Source: Eledone cirrhosa (lineage: Eukaryota). Taken from it: a stretch of 64,000 bases of DNA. Below the pieces are notes generated by a model. It was not told the origin of the DNA and did not search any database. It saw nothing but the letters and a program-made list of their open reading frames with translations. The stretch lies in NCBI GenBank assembly GCA_964016885.1, contig OZ024741.1, positions 175,088,001 through 175,152,000 of the forward strand, given 5' to 3'. Below, piece by piece: positions 24,267 to 38,898 of the stretch; the stretch's first letter is position 1, and each line of letters opens with the position of its first letter. The translations under genes were made by a program, and so were the position numbers.

Positions 24267-24461
24267 CAGACCTGCCAACCTCTAAAAACCCAAACGGGGA
24301 ATACCATGAAAAATAGTGCCCCAAAACAGGGAAAAATGAGGCAAAATGGGGAGATTTTACAAAATGAAAGCTATACCCATTTTCACAAGAGAAGACATCT
24401 CCCACCCACCCGAAAGTGGGTGGGAGATCTCCCCGTCAGACGGGAAGAGCTGACAGGTCTG
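24267..24461 (+). mobile_element. ~195-bp MITE, TIR CAGACCTGYCA (hAT-like), copy 1
   Basis: Ends CAGACCTGCCA..TGACAGGTCTG; four loci in the window. Confidence 0.8.
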
Positions 24462-24518
24462 GTGTATATAAAGGGTAATTTAAGATGGGTAGTATAGTAA
24501 GTTAAGATTAACGATAAT

Positions 24519-24761
24519 AGGAAGCGTGTGGCCTAGTGGTAAGGGTTCTTGGGCTGGGTTGCTTGTGTTTTTGAACAAACCACTTCAATTCACATTGCCC
24601 CATTATATTCAGCTGAAAATGAGTACCAGTAATAGCTGGGGGTTTAACCCTGCGATGGACTGGTGCCCTGTCCAAGGGGGAGTCTTGTACTCTCAGTCGC
24701 TTCACGCCATGAAACCGGGATAAGCACCGGCCTAATGAACCTTCTGTCTGAAGACAGACTT
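24519..24761 (+). mobile_element. tRNA-derived SINE family 3 (CORE-like head with V-domain-like segment)
   Basis: TGGCCTAGTGG A box and AACCCTGCGATGGACTGGTGCCCTGTCCA. Other copies at 52111-52400 and 54057-54336. Confidence 0.75.
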
Positions 24762-26304
24762 GATAATAAATAATTAATAAAAATATATACTTAACAAGAT
24801 AACATCTAAAATAGGAGCTAATGACTGACTAAAGAGTTATAATGGATTTTGTTAATGTGAAGAAAGGTCTTGAAATGTGAAATTAAATGTAAGAGAATAA
24901 TTCTTTCTAACATAAGCTCAAGGCCAGTAGTTATGGGGGTGGGGGGTGGCAGAATGTAATTAACCTCAGTATTAAACTGATACTCTGTATTATGGACCCC
25001 GGAAAGATGAATGGCAAAGTTGAGCGCGGCAGGATTTGATCTCAGAACGTGAAGGGTCGTGGCTCTAATTGTTCTGCTAATTTATTGCCTTGATGGGAAA
25101 GAATAATAATGAAAATAATAAAACAGAGAAGTTAATATTAACGAAGGGGATGGGGTAAGTTTATTGGTTGAACGTATTTATAAGTACTAAAGTTCTCTCA
25201 ATGTAAGGAGCTCTTTATGTGTACTGACACAAAGCTAAACTTTTTTTTCTAACACTCTAGTCAGCAAATTACAAGAGTTCTTATTTCCAGTATATATGGT
25301 TTTAGAAAAGATTTTTCAGTTCACTTTATAAAGTATAGGTATATTTTTCAAATTCTAATTGTAGCTCGCTAATTAGGTTCTCTTTCTTTGTTAGGTTTCC
25401 AGAAAGTATAGATATGTAAATAACAAAATTCGAAAGATTAAGAAACCATTCCAGTGTAGGATTTGAAAGTGAAAGTATTGTTTTTATTCAAAGCGCACTG
25501 GCAAACTGTTCTTAGCTAATTAGTTTAAGTGGCACGTTTTGTTTCGAATTTCGTATTCAAGCAATTCAAAAGTATTTGTTTATAATAAAAGTTTAATTTA
25601 CAATAGAAAAAAAAAAAAAAAAGAGAAAATACAAATACGACGAGATCACAACGAACGGAGAAAGGCAAATATAGGCAGATGTAGTTTCGGATTCAGCCCT
25701 ACTGCGCAATACTGTTGGCAAGTGACTGCTACTATAACCACTGAGCCTAGGGTTGACCAGTGATTTGTGAAAATGAAATTTGATAACAGAAGCTGCAGAA
25801 GCCCATCATATATATAATAATAATTAACTCCATTCTCGCACCACCAACAAGATTTAACATCAAAGATGGATGAGTTGCATAACGTCGAGTGCTTTTCCTA
25901 ATATTACATCATGGTTGACTATACGGAATGACCAGTTCTATCCGGTTGTGAACCACCAAACTTAAATGATATATATATATCACACTTTTTCCCAGACGTC
26001 ACATAAAATTCTATGTATACTTGTAGATTAATTGCTATAAATTAATGTTTTGTTTCTCGTCTCTTACTCCATTGGAAAGCGTTTGGTTTGTGTCAGACAC
26101 TTTGACCTCGGATGGGCCAGCAGTATCGTTGATAGGGGTCGAAACTGCCATAGTCCACCTCAACCGCCGATGACCATGGACATTCTGTGTCCTTCGTTTT
26201 TATTTTTATTTAAAAAAAAAATTATTTTAAGGTTTCCCCTTAAAGAATTGTTTTTCGCTCGTTGTCTTGTCCCCTCTTTGTTATTTCTCTCAAGGTTATA
26301 TATA

Positions 26305-26530
26305 TAAGAATGAGAAATAAGATAGATTGAGGGGACAGGTGGGTTGGAATTGGAAAAAATGTTTTTAGATAAAAATAACAGGTCCATTCATATTGACATC
26401 TCTTTCAACATGAATGGACCTGTTATTTTTATCTAAAGACATTTTTTGCAATTCCACCCGCCCGTTCCTTCAATCTATCTTATTTCTCATTCTTTCTTCT
26501 GATGAAGGACTAGCGTCTGAAACGTTAAGA
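26305..26530 (+). mobile_element. Pseudo-LTR-type inverted repeat (~85-bp arms) followed by a hammerhead
   Basis: 26307-26392 is the reverse complement of 26410-26493. Confidence 0.7.
26495..26530 (+). ncRNA. Minimal type I hammerhead (palindromic ACGT stem III)
   Basis: TCTT CTGATGA a GGAC tagc GTCT GAAAC GTT AAGA. Confidence 0.8.
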
Positions 26531-29500
26531 CCCTCTTCCTGCTATTTCCAGCGTTAACCTAATATATTACTTCCATATACTCTACCGATTGTATTGTTAT
26601 TTCTGTTTACACACACACATATAAATAATGTGTTTATACACCATATATCATCAGGTCGACAAAATGAGATCGATAAAAAAGTAGTAAGGACAATTTGGTG
26701 GACTTTAAGATGGTGTCCGAGCATGGTCGCAGTCGAATGGTTGAAACCAATACAACGATAAACATTTGGACTTCACACAGAAGTATTATATCCTCGTGTT
26801 CTCAGTTCACTGAAAGGAAAACAAACCCTTACTACGTACTAAACCCTTACTTAGTACTAAGAAAACAAAACAAAACAGAACAAAAACACCCTCCGAAATC
26901 GAAACAAAAAATAAAAACAGGTTTACATTGGAAAATATTCAGGAATAAATATATAATTATATAAAGAATACATAATTTTATCGACATGGGAGAGAAGAGA
27001 GTTAAAGTTGACTCTATAAATGGAAAAACAATATTATATCTTAACGCTTGATTTGATACAATTTGCATCAGATTTTAGTTGTGTTTAAATAAATTACTAA
27101 TATTAGTTTATAGTTCATTTTTGAATTATAGAAATCCCAACCGGCAGCAATTTGTCTGTGTATGACTATTGTTTTATCTTAAAAACAAAAACTTGAATAT
27201 GTTATGTAATGACTATGACCTTTGCGAGACCTCCACTGTTGGATTGCCAAAGTATTGGTATAACAAGAAGAAAAATACTGTGCAGGCGTGAAAAGCAGCC
27301 CAATTTGGTAACTCTTTTGCATTGGTGAAATAGAGTCAAGAAAGAGGCTTCTATGTGGATGTTTGACCTGCTAGAAATAACAGCCGAGACTATCTCAGAT
27401 CACATTTCACCATCTTATAACAAGGGGAGGAATGAATGAGATAATGTAAACCTAGATATTCACATATACATAAAAAAGACAAACAAAAACAAAACGTAAT
27501 GGTGATTTTTACAATATCTTTGATGACACCCTACTGTTAGGATAGGGGCTACAAACATTAAAACATCCAAGAAACCTGCTATGAAGTGCACCTCATTGTA
27601 TGACACCGAAACTTCAAGTGGGAGACGTATCAACAATAACAGTAATACATTCAGCCACACCCTACTGTTTTAATAAATTTGTTACTACATTTCTCACAAA
27701 AGACACTGATTATTTTCGAAATTATTTGAAAACCATAGGCAAACATTTGGAGAGATTTAGTAATAGAACTAACTTTCTCATTCTCAAATTCGTTTTTGGA
27801 ACATAACTTAACAAAAGTTCTTAGATAAACATAAAGTTGAGGGTTTTTCTATAAATATAAATAATTTAAAATAGATATATATATATATGAGATACAGAAC
27901 TTAGCGTTGTTTGAAAATTAGCTTTTGGTATGAGAATAGTGGTATAAGGAAAGGAATGAAATAATGTTCCACATATCACCGAAGAGACTGGATGGTAGCG
28001 TGAAGAAAGACACAGAAAAAAGGAAGACGGATATACAGATTGAGTGTGGATGTGAATAAAATAACTTAAGTACGATAAAAGAATGAAAGACAAATGTCGG
28101 GACTTGACCGACCGTTTCGTTTTTGTGATGGTGGTCACCGAACTGCCATTTTTCCTTGCAACATTGTGAGGAGTGCGTTCCACCTGAAGAAGGACCTCGT
28201 AAGTTGGAATAGCTGATGTAGTAAGTGTTCTGATCTCTGTGATAATGCCTTTGGTATTTTGTCCGCAGAACGCAGCTGAGATAAACCGCCTGGACTGGGA
28301 CGAGAGTATGCTGCTCCCTCCTCTTTTCCCCTTACTTTCAATATTTAATTTTCTTTCGTTTTTATTGCAAACATTATATAATCCAATTAAAATGTGTTGA
28401 ATTAAATGTGTGTGCATAAAGAATGATTAATTTGAAAGTGAATACACTTTGGAAATGTAGAAAACACATATAGTAGAAAATGCCATTGTCCTCTTAGACC
28501 GAAACAAAGGCCATTTTAACGAACCATTATATGTCTAAGCAAATATAGTCATTTTAAAAATGATTATATAGCAATCTTCTTTCTTTCTTCAAATTGACCA
28601 ATTAAATGGCTTTGTTGGACATCTTGCCCCAGTCTAATGGAAGGAAAAAAAGTCAACTTTGTGGAAGTTTACTTAATCACTGAAAGGTTTTCTAAAAATA
28701 ACAAAATAATTTTGACAATCATTTTAGATGGTGAACATTTAATATGAAATTAAATAAATATATAATAAGGCTGCATCCATTCGAGGAAAAGCAGTAAATT
28801 ATATATTTTTCTCTAGAGAAGATCTATACTTTTTCCATTTTCAGAGAAAAAATTGAAAAGATTCTTGGATTGAAATGAAACGTGCAAGAAATATAGAATA
28901 TACATGCACTGCTTTTATACACAAACTGAATTTTGAGATAATATTAATAATGAATTCAAAAACAAATTTATAAAGGTGAAAGCAGAAAATCCTTAAATTT
29001 CCATAACAAATATTTTATTTCACGTGTTTTTACTCCTTTATTTCATCGCAGGTTCAAGAGTTTAATAATTAATATTTGAGAATTCTGTTATTTTCTATAC
29101 AATACTCTCTCCCTACCCAACATCTTCCAGCAGCACCAACCAATGTTATTTTATAACAGAAATGAATTTCAGATAATGGATCTTTATTGATTTTATAAAA
29201 CTTTTTTGTTGGGAGAGGAGGGGAGGGGAATAAAATTACTAAATAAGCAAAGAAAATCTACTTTCAACGCATTCCTTCATTTTCGAATTATTTTCGAAAT
29301 TTTATAAACACTTTACTCTCTTAAATATCTTTGCTTTTAGAAATCATTTCTCCACCCTCCCTTCCTATAAATTCTCCATAAACAGGATGTTAATCTATCT
29401 CATACAATAAACGACTTTATTTTATGTGTCAGAATCGTGAAATTTCGACATTGTTTTAGTTTTAAATTCTAATTTATGTATTTTTAAAAACAATGTTTTT

Positions 29501-29621
29501 CTTTACTCAGCCTAATAACAAAATGGAATTGGTTGAATGGTCTTGACGATAACTAAAACACAGGGTTAATATCCTCATATAAGTGGCTTTTTGAAGTGAT
29601 GTAGTGGGGCTATGACCAAAG

Positions 29622-29814
29622 CAGACCTGTCAACTCTCCTCGTCCGACGGGGGCATTTCCCACCCACTTTGGGTAGGTGAGAGATGTCTTCTCTTGTGAA
29701 AATGGGTATAACTTTCATTATGTAAAATCTTCCCATTTTGCCTCATTTTTCCCCATTTTGGGGCATTTTTTTCATGGTACTCCCCGTTTGGGAATTTAGA
29801 GGTTGGCAGGTCTG
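29622..29814 (-). mobile_element. MITE copy 2 with 6-bp TSD CCAAAG
   Basis: TIRs at both ends; CCAAAG at 29616-29621 and 29815-29820. Confidence 0.85.
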
Positions 29815-29867
29815 CCAAAGCATTTTTCTTCATAATTCAGTCAGTATTTTTAAAACTTGCTCTGTTA

Positions 29868-31502
29868 TTGTTCAGTGAGATCCCCCTGTAGTTGCCCCAC
29901 TGATTCGGGGCAACTCCTTTCTCCAGTTCCTGGTTACAGAACCCCAGGATGATATCATCAACATCACACCTCTTCATCACCTCTGATGCCACTCCATCTT
30001 CTCCATGAGCCTTGCCCTCCTTGATTTTCTTCTTGGCTCTCTGAAGCTCCTCTCTGGGTAAGGGCTCTGTCTCAATATCCAGTTCCTCAAACAGCCGCCT
30101 AATCTCCCCAGTGCTCTGGGCTGTGGAGGGTGGCTCTCCTAGTAGGGTCCTAAAATGGTCTAGCCATTTCCTCTTCCTATCCTCGGGCCCTGTTCCCTGG
30201 ATCTGACTCGAACACCTTCTCTTCCTCCCTGACGTCACTTGTGGCAAAGGCCCTCAACAAGATGATTCTTAACAGGATCCAGCTTGAGATGGAGAAGAAG
30301 CTCAGGGACAACCAGAACGGCTTCAGAGAGGGAAGATCAACCACCAGTCACATTCTGATGCTGAGGAGGATATTAGAGGGAGCTAGAGCAAAGTGCCTTC
30401 CTGCGGTCATGGTTTTCATTGACTTTAGGAAGGCCTTTGATTCTGTGGACCGTCACTGCCTGATGAAGATCTTACAGGCTTATGGAATCCCCAAGAAGAT
30501 AGTGGACCTGATATCACTGCTCTACACCAACACCAAAGCCCAAGTCATTACACCTGATGGGATGACAGAGTTCTTTGAGATACTGGCTGGAGTGCTCAAG
30601 GGAGATACATTGGCTCCCTACCTTTTTATCATCGTAGTGGACTATTGTATACGCCTTGCACTGGAGAAACACCAGGACTCTGGCTTTACTGTAGCACCGG
30701 CTCAGAGCGGGAGAGTTAAGGTGAAAAAGATATCAGATGCTGAATTTGCCGACGACATAGTTTTGGTGACAAATACAGTGAAGGAGGCAGAGGATTTGAT
30801 GCAGGAGGTTGAGACTGTGTCGATGAGTCTGGGGCTGAGAATGAATGAGACTAAAACAAAATATCTGGTAGAAAATGTTGAGAGGCCAGAGGGGATCACT
30901 AATGTAGGCGGGAAGCCGCTAGAATTGGTTGAGGACTTCCTGTATTTGGGAGCAAAGATTGGGAATACAGAAGATAATGTGGTTGAGAGGAAGAGCAAAG
31001 CCTGGGCGGAGTGCCACAGCTTGAGATCGGTGTGGAAGTCGGACCTTCGTAAAGACCTGAAAATCCGCCTCTTCATTGCTGTAATGGAGTCTGTGCTGCT
31101 GTACGGGTCTGAGACTTGGACACTAACCAAGAAACTCACTCAGATGGTGGATGGGTGCTACACGAGAATGCTGAGGATGGCTCTGAACATTAATCAGTAT
31201 ACACTGAGGATGAAAAACTCAGAGCTGTATGGGAGCCTCCCAAGTGTCAGCTCAAAAGTGACACAGAGAGACTGAGGTTAGCTGGACATGCTCACCGACA
31301 TCCAGAGTTGACATTGCATTCAGTGCTCCTGTGGGAGCCCCTACATGGACACACTGGAAGAGGAAGACCAAGGTTAACGTATGTTGATGCCCTAAGGACA
31401 GACACTGGTCTGTTGGAGACGCAGGACATGGCAGCGATAATGAGGGACAGTGACCGCTGGAGAGAACTCGTCCATGGATCTCGGGAATTTTACCCGCCCT
31501 AG
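29868..31502 (+). mobile_element. RTE-clade LINE, 5'-truncated with 5' inversion (29868-30240 minus, 30241-31502 plus)
   Basis: The minus part ends in NYRGISL. The plus part resumes VAKALNKMILNRI..QNGFR..FIDFRKAFDSV..GVLKGDTLAP..FADD..LLYGSETW. There is a 1-bp frameshift near 31270. Confidence 0.93.
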
Positions 31503-32867
31503 ATATTATTGTTTAGCCCAAGGTCAAACCTAATTGTACAGGCATATGATCAAAAGTATTGCCCACTGTAATTATAATTATTTCTACTTTTTGACACAAG
31601 GCTAGCAATTACCCAGTGTATTACTGGTACTTTATTTTATCGACCCCATAAGGATGAAAGGCCGGAAATTTCGTAATATACTGGGAACTCAGGATCAAAG
31701 CGGATGTGTTCTTATGAGGAAGATTTAGCTGCTATTTCTACACCAGTGATAGCCTGATAGTTGTTGATTTTTATCCCTAGATCAGTTCCAATGAGTAAAT
31801 ATGTGAGCAGGGTCGTTCTATCTGTGATTAACGTTTTTTTCTCATGTGCAGAGAAGCTAAATGCAAATGAAACTGGGAGAAAATCCGGCTTAAAGAGATT
31901 CAGAGCTAGAACAGATTTCATATAAACAAACAATTATCTCCTCTTAGTAACCTTAGTGAGCCGACACTAACACTATTATTTTTTCTCATTCGTTGATTAC
32001 TTTGTAGATATGTATTTATGGAGGAATAACACATGATGATGTCGTAGGGATTCGTCGTGGCATGCGGCGTTTCTTGGGCATTTATTAAACCTGACGGAGC
32101 CTAGCCGCCTCTTCAGGTCTGCTCACCATCGCCACTGATTTCTTCCATAGCAGGAAACATAGAAAGAGAAGAAGTAAGAAGAGATATAGAGGAAAAAATC
32201 AACACAAGTACTGGACTTTTTCATTGACCTCGAAAGGATGAAAGGCAAAGTTGATCCCAGCAGAATTTGAACTCAGCGCTCTTAGAGCCAGAACGAATAT
32301 CACAAATCATTCTATTCGAAGTTTTAACAACTCTGTTAATTCGACGCCTACCAGTCAAGTACTGGGGTCGATATTATCGATTTTCCCCTTCTCCTAATTT
32401 GCTGCCCTTGTGCCCATATCAGAAACCATTCTATGTTCCCAACATTCTTCCCTAAAGTTATAGCTGGAGATCCTTCACAACACTCCATCATACCTTTTAC
32501 ACTTTTATTTAACAGTTCAAATGTTTACATGTTATTAGCGTGATTTCACAGACGGATATAACATGATTCGGAATTCGATTCAAAGCTTCGTCTCCACGAT
32601 TTCCAATTTACCCTCTCTCCTCATCTCTGTCTCTGCACGTTCTTTCACTCTTCTTTCTCGTTCAGTCTCCCCCCCCTCTCTCTCTCTCTTTCCCGTTCTC
32701 TCTCTCTCGGACTTCTTTTCTTTTCTCATTCTCTCTCATATCATTCTCTGCCTCTCTCTCATCCCCATTACTATTTTTCTTCCTTTCGCTCTTTACATCG
32801 CTTTCTCATTACATTGTTTCTTACTATTTTCGCTTCCTTAAATCTCTCTCTCACACTCCTTCCCCCA

Positions 32868-33867
<1,000 letters not shown>

Positions 33868-34574
33868 ACAATCTGTCTCATGCATACTTTTTCTTCTCTT
33901 TCACCCCTCTACGAACACCTTTCATTCTCTTAGTTACTCTCTTATCCTTTTCTTCCGTTTCTCTCTCTCTACTTACATTTCTTTCTCGCCCTCATTCTCT
34001 CCATCTGTTTTACTGTTTCTTTCTTTATTTTCCGTTTCCTTTCTGATCTAACTCTCACCACTGCATGTTTTACTCTCTCTCTCTCTCTCTCTCTTTCTCA
34101 TCAGTCTCTCTTATATCCCCCCCCCTCTTCTCTCTGCTTACACATTTACCCATATTACTGTGCAGCTGACACTTTTCCGACATGGCCATTAACTATATCG
34201 TCTGCTATAATCAGTTGTTCAGCCATCAAACACATGCACATATTATTAAACAACAGCAGTTCATTCCACCGAATCTTCTTCACCATTCCAAACCAAAACC
34301 CGCCAAACCCTCGCCAGACACCCCTCTATCCCGACCTCCAGTTCTTCTATTGAATTACCGGTAAAATTATAACGCACAGCTGTCAAGATTAAACACGGAA
34401 TTGAAAGCCAGGACAAATGTTCTTATTTTTACCAATAGTTGTTAATTATTTTCTGTGAGCCAGAGACATATGTTTTGACAGGTTTTCACTTGTAGATAAA
34501 ACTTGTTCTTTTATTTCCATCTAACTAGTCTACTCAAACTATAACATCCAGAGAATAGCGCATAACTAATAGAC

Positions 34575-34812
34575 ATTTCATCGCAGTTGTTGTCATCTTC
34601 ATCGACTTCATCGTCTTTGTCGTTGTCATCGTCATCGTTATCGTTATCGTTATCGTTATCGTTATCGTCTTCATCATTGCAGTCGTCGTAATCATCATCT
34701 CCAGCAGCAGCAGCGGCGGGACCAATACCACCATCATCATCATCACTATCACCGCCGTAACCACCGCAACCACCACCACCATCATTATCACCACTACCAC
34801 CACCACCACCAA
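34575..34812. repeat. Mixed trinucleotide and hexanucleotide low-complexity tract
   Basis: Runs of TCA, TCG, TCGTTA, GCA and CCA. Confidence 0.85.
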
Positions 34813-34854
34813 GACAGTGAAAAGTGGTCATCTTGGAATCATGTTCTCAGAGAG

Positions 34855-34896
<42 letters not shown>

Positions 34897-35330
34897 TGTG
34901 TGTTATTTCTAGTAGGTAAAGTGAACACGGAGAAGTCCCCCCCCCCTAGATGGCACGTTGGTGGCAGTGTTGTTTTAATGATGGTATTGTCGGTGGTTGT
35001 GATGGCAATGAGGCTCTGTAACTGTTGATGGTGGCGGTGAAGTTGGTGGAGGTTTATTGAAACAAAGATTGAATTTCTTTTAAGTATTATTAGATATTTC
35101 GTCCTTCTATCGTGTATATTCTATCAAGGCTTACGTCATTCAATGACAATCCATCCTATTTTTACCATTGCTTGCCCTGTGATATAGTGAACATATACAC
35201 ATAGTTTTGTGGGTGTTAGTTGCCTAATGCGGATACACACAGACAACTTACTTTATATATAATATATATGAATATATACTGTATAAGTACACACACACAC
35301 AGACACACATGTATATATACACGCACATTC

Positions 35331-35367
<37 letters not shown>

Positions 35368-35524
35368 AGATTGTAACACCCTGTTACTGTAGGTTCACCA
35401 AAGTGAGCACTTGATACATAGTTTCTAGTAGGTATATTGGTGTTCTACTAAGTAGAGTGTAATGGTACTAATAATAAAGGACATCCCTATACCAACACCT
35501 GGTCCTTTTATTATTATTATTATT

Positions 35525-35748
35525 AGTATATATATATATTATATATATATATATAATGTTTGATATAGAAATGGCTTCTACAGGACTAGAACTATTTCAT
35601 TCGAAGGAAATCAGGCTTTCCTGGAGATTTCCTTTGAATGAAACAGTTCTAATCCCTTAGAAGCCATTTCTATATCAAACATTGTATATACTCTACTATG
35701 TATTGAGTACCTTACTTACTGTGGTTACCCCCGATTGAACTCGGGATA
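35525..35748. mobile_element. Family A pseudo-LTR palindrome, hammerhead core mutated
   Basis: 35555-35612 is inverted at ~35627-35684. The core reads CTGGAGA. The family tail is present. Confidence 0.72.
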
Positions 35749-37261
35749 CACATCTCTCTCTCTCTCTATATATATATATATAGTAAAAGCAAGCAAGCTA
35801 ATCAGGAGGAGAGAAAAGTGATTAGTTATGCAGATTACTAGCCAGTAGAGATAGGGTTAGTGTGCTCAATGCATATAGATTGCTAGACTAGCGAGCCATG
35901 CGATTAGATGGGAAGAGAGAACGTTTAACAATTGTATTATAAGGAAAGCAAAAAAAATCATATTTAAAATGCTGGAGAGAACAACAAAGATTTATGAATA
36001 CATATATATTTAATGGCTAACAAGTTGTTTCAAATACTGCACAATAAGAATAGACATAGATGTTGAGATATCGAAGATAAACGATATTAGTACATTAAAA
36101 AAAATAAATGTGTGTCATCAGAGCCTAAAAAAATTATTTATAACATATTAACTCATAAATCAGATCATATCACCGAAGTAAAAAACCTACTTTAAATGTG
36201 GAATGTTGATGTTAAAAGGTTGGAAGGGAAAAAGCGTTATAGCAGCCATTTTGTGTTGGTTTGAAATTGAAGAAGTAAATAACATTCAAAGGGAGATCAT
36301 TAATGAGAAGAGGAGATAATTAAGTATTGCTGCTTAGTCAAAATAAAATGAATGATTCTAAAAAAGAGAAAAAGAAGGAGAAGAATAAAAGGTTGAGAAA
36401 ATCTGAAGGATAGATTATAAAATAAAGAATGATAAGTTTAGAGAAAAGGAATAGAAACTATAACCAGCTATTAATAGGAAGGTTTAAGACAGTTGAAACA
36501 AAACATCAGATAGAAAGTAATAATTGTTTCTACTTTAGGCACAAGGCAAGCAATTACCCAGTGCATTACTGGTACTTTATTTTATCGACCTCGTAAGGAT
36601 GAAAGGCAAAGTCAACCTCAGCGGGATTTGAACTCAGATCGTAAAGGGACGTAACTATGCTGGAAAACATGGCGTCCGACCCTCTACCGATACTGCCAAT
36701 CCAGGAGTTATGTAGAGTGTATTAAACCTATTGAAATACTAAAAGATAATTACATTAAATAGGGGATATAAGGTCGAAGGTGTATGTAGATAATAGAGTG
36801 CAATGTAATAAGAGGATGTATTATAAATGAAAATAAAATAATAGTAAATAGTTAGATAATGGAATGTGAAATAGATAATTAAAGTATTATTCATTAAAAA
36901 AAGAAAAGAGATCAAAAATAGGTTTAAGGATTGGAGGTACTACTACAGTATAGGATGGGAAAAGGTAAAATCTGGAAAGAGTGAGGTTTAGAAAGGAAAG
37001 GGGAGGGACCAATAACTAGTAAGGAGGTGTAGGTAAAGCGCATAAGAGTAACATTTGTAAAAGGAGAAAATAGGATTTAGAAATAAAAGAACAATAGGTA
37101 AGATAAGGGAAAGGGAGATGAAGCACTAAATTAGGAGTAGCTATGTGGGGTCGACAGTCCAGTTAGCAAAAGAATATGCCAACCAATGATGGCAATTAAT
37201 AACTATTTCATTGCGATCATTAATTGGGCATGGCTTAGATAAAGTTATAAGATATGTTTCA

Positions 37262-37684
37262 GATAAGCATAATATGGATTGAGAGGGACGAGGCTGTGTG
37301 GTCACTGATAACGAGTGTTAGAAAGTAGACGGAAAACAAACAAGAGATAGACATTTTCCCTTCATCAGTTGTCTACTACGGGTCACAGATGTTTCAGCGA
37401 ATTATAGACAATACATATATCCGTAGCGCGTCAATAACTTATTAACAAAAAGTTGAAGGAAAGAAAAGACGAAAAAGAGGCGATAGCGAAGAGAGAGAAA
37501 GAATGAAAAAAAAAGAGACAAAACCTACCGATAGAAGGGGGAAACGCAGGACAATGGCACATGTAAGTAAGTAACCGAGATGAGAGAGAGGACGAAGTTA
37601 AAAAAAGGTGGTTGGGTTTAATTTCAGGGGCCTTATTAACAGCGGATATCTAAGAGAAAAAGGCTATTTTCGGTGAGAACGGGC

Positions 37685-37767
<83 letters not shown>

Positions 37768-38132
37768 GGAAACGAAAGTGGTAAGGGGGCAGAGAGGGAG
37801 AGGATGAGTGAGAGGGAGAGAGAGAAAGAGAGGGAGAGAAAAATGGAGAGAAAGGGAGGAGGAGGAGGAGGAGGAGGAGGAGGAGGAGGAGGAGGAAGAG
37901 GAGGAAGAGGGAAAAGAGTTAATCCAAAAAGTGGTAAGACATAAGTCTGACCAGGAATAACAAAACCAAGCGAGATCGATAGAGAGGATAGAACTGAGGT
38001 CACAGCAATAAACACATAAATATGGATTGAGAGAGACACGAGGATGTGTGGTTACTGATAACGAGTGTTAGAAAGTAAAGGGTACACAAATAAGAGATAG
38101 ACATTTTCCCTTCAACTACGGGTCACAAATGA
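37262..38132 (-). mobile_element. Element with ~130-bp direct repeats (~37270-37392 and ~38018-38131) carrying the reversed-order hammerhead motif
   Basis: AATATGGATTGAGAG..GATAACGAGTGTTAGAAAGTA..ACATTTTCCCTTCA repeats about 745 bp apart. It shares ACACAGCCTCGT and GTTATTGACGC with 1023-1205. Confidence 0.6.
37356..37426 (-). ncRNA. Hammerhead-like motif with reversed strand order, copy 2
   Basis: Minus strand: CTACGG atat ATGT-A TTGTCTA taa TTCGCT GAA-ACAT ctgtgac CCGTAG TAGACAA CTGATGA AGGGAA. Confidence 0.62.
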
Positions 38133-38159
38133 AAAAAAAACGAGATGTCCTACACGAGT

Positions 38160-38858
38160 GAAAGTATAAGGAAAAAAGCTGAAACTGGAGTCTTTTTAAG
38201 AATATTTATTTGTTTCCTTTACCGGTTTCACAGTTCTTGTGCTTTTCAAAAGTAGAATTGAGATGAAGGGTTTGTGGTTTATCTCGAATCTGGTTGGTGT
38301 TCGAATGTTACTTCTGTTTTATGTGGAATTAAGTGTCTCGAAATGGTAGGTTTTTTTTAGAAAAGTAATTTGGTTGGTTGATGACTGTCACGTGAATAAG
38401 TATAATAAATTTCGCGCCAGTTCGCGTTATAGAGTTCTTATTGTATTTGCCTTTAAAAAAAAAGGGGGGGGGGGATCAGATTGTTTTTTCATATATGAGT
38501 GAAATTTGGTTGGTTGATGCAGTCACGTGAATAAGCACATCAACTTTCGCGCCAGTTCGTGTTTGAGGGTTCTTTTCACTTAAAAAATTGGCTCAGAAAA
38601 GTTGTTTTTCTATAAATGTAATTTGATTGGTTATGATTGACACGTGAATAAGTACATTAAATTTCGTGCCAGTTCGTATTTGGGGGTTCTTTGTAGACAT
38701 TTAGAGAGTTTTGTGCCAAACAAAAGATAATGGTCAAGAAAAAAGGACTGGGGAGAATTGTTCTTGTTCAGTGAGTATGGCTGATGTGCTGAAGTGTCAA
38801 AATTCAGACTTTCTATTGAAATAAAGAAAGTAGAGATTTATATTTTTATTTGTGTGCT

Positions 38859-38898
<40 letters not shown>

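Noticed and set aside
27866-28417. Moderately GC-rich segment with open minus-strand frames as a host exon
   Set aside because: No recognisable protein motif or clear splice pair; it needs BLASTX or RNA-seq.
34511-34831. Asp/Gly-rich acidic protein ORF
   Set aside because: Mixed trinucleotide low complexity, common in such genomes, with no gene context.
35780-37260. Strand-skewed region as a decayed LINE ORF
   Set aside because: The composition is suggestive, but I could not recover diagnostic motifs.
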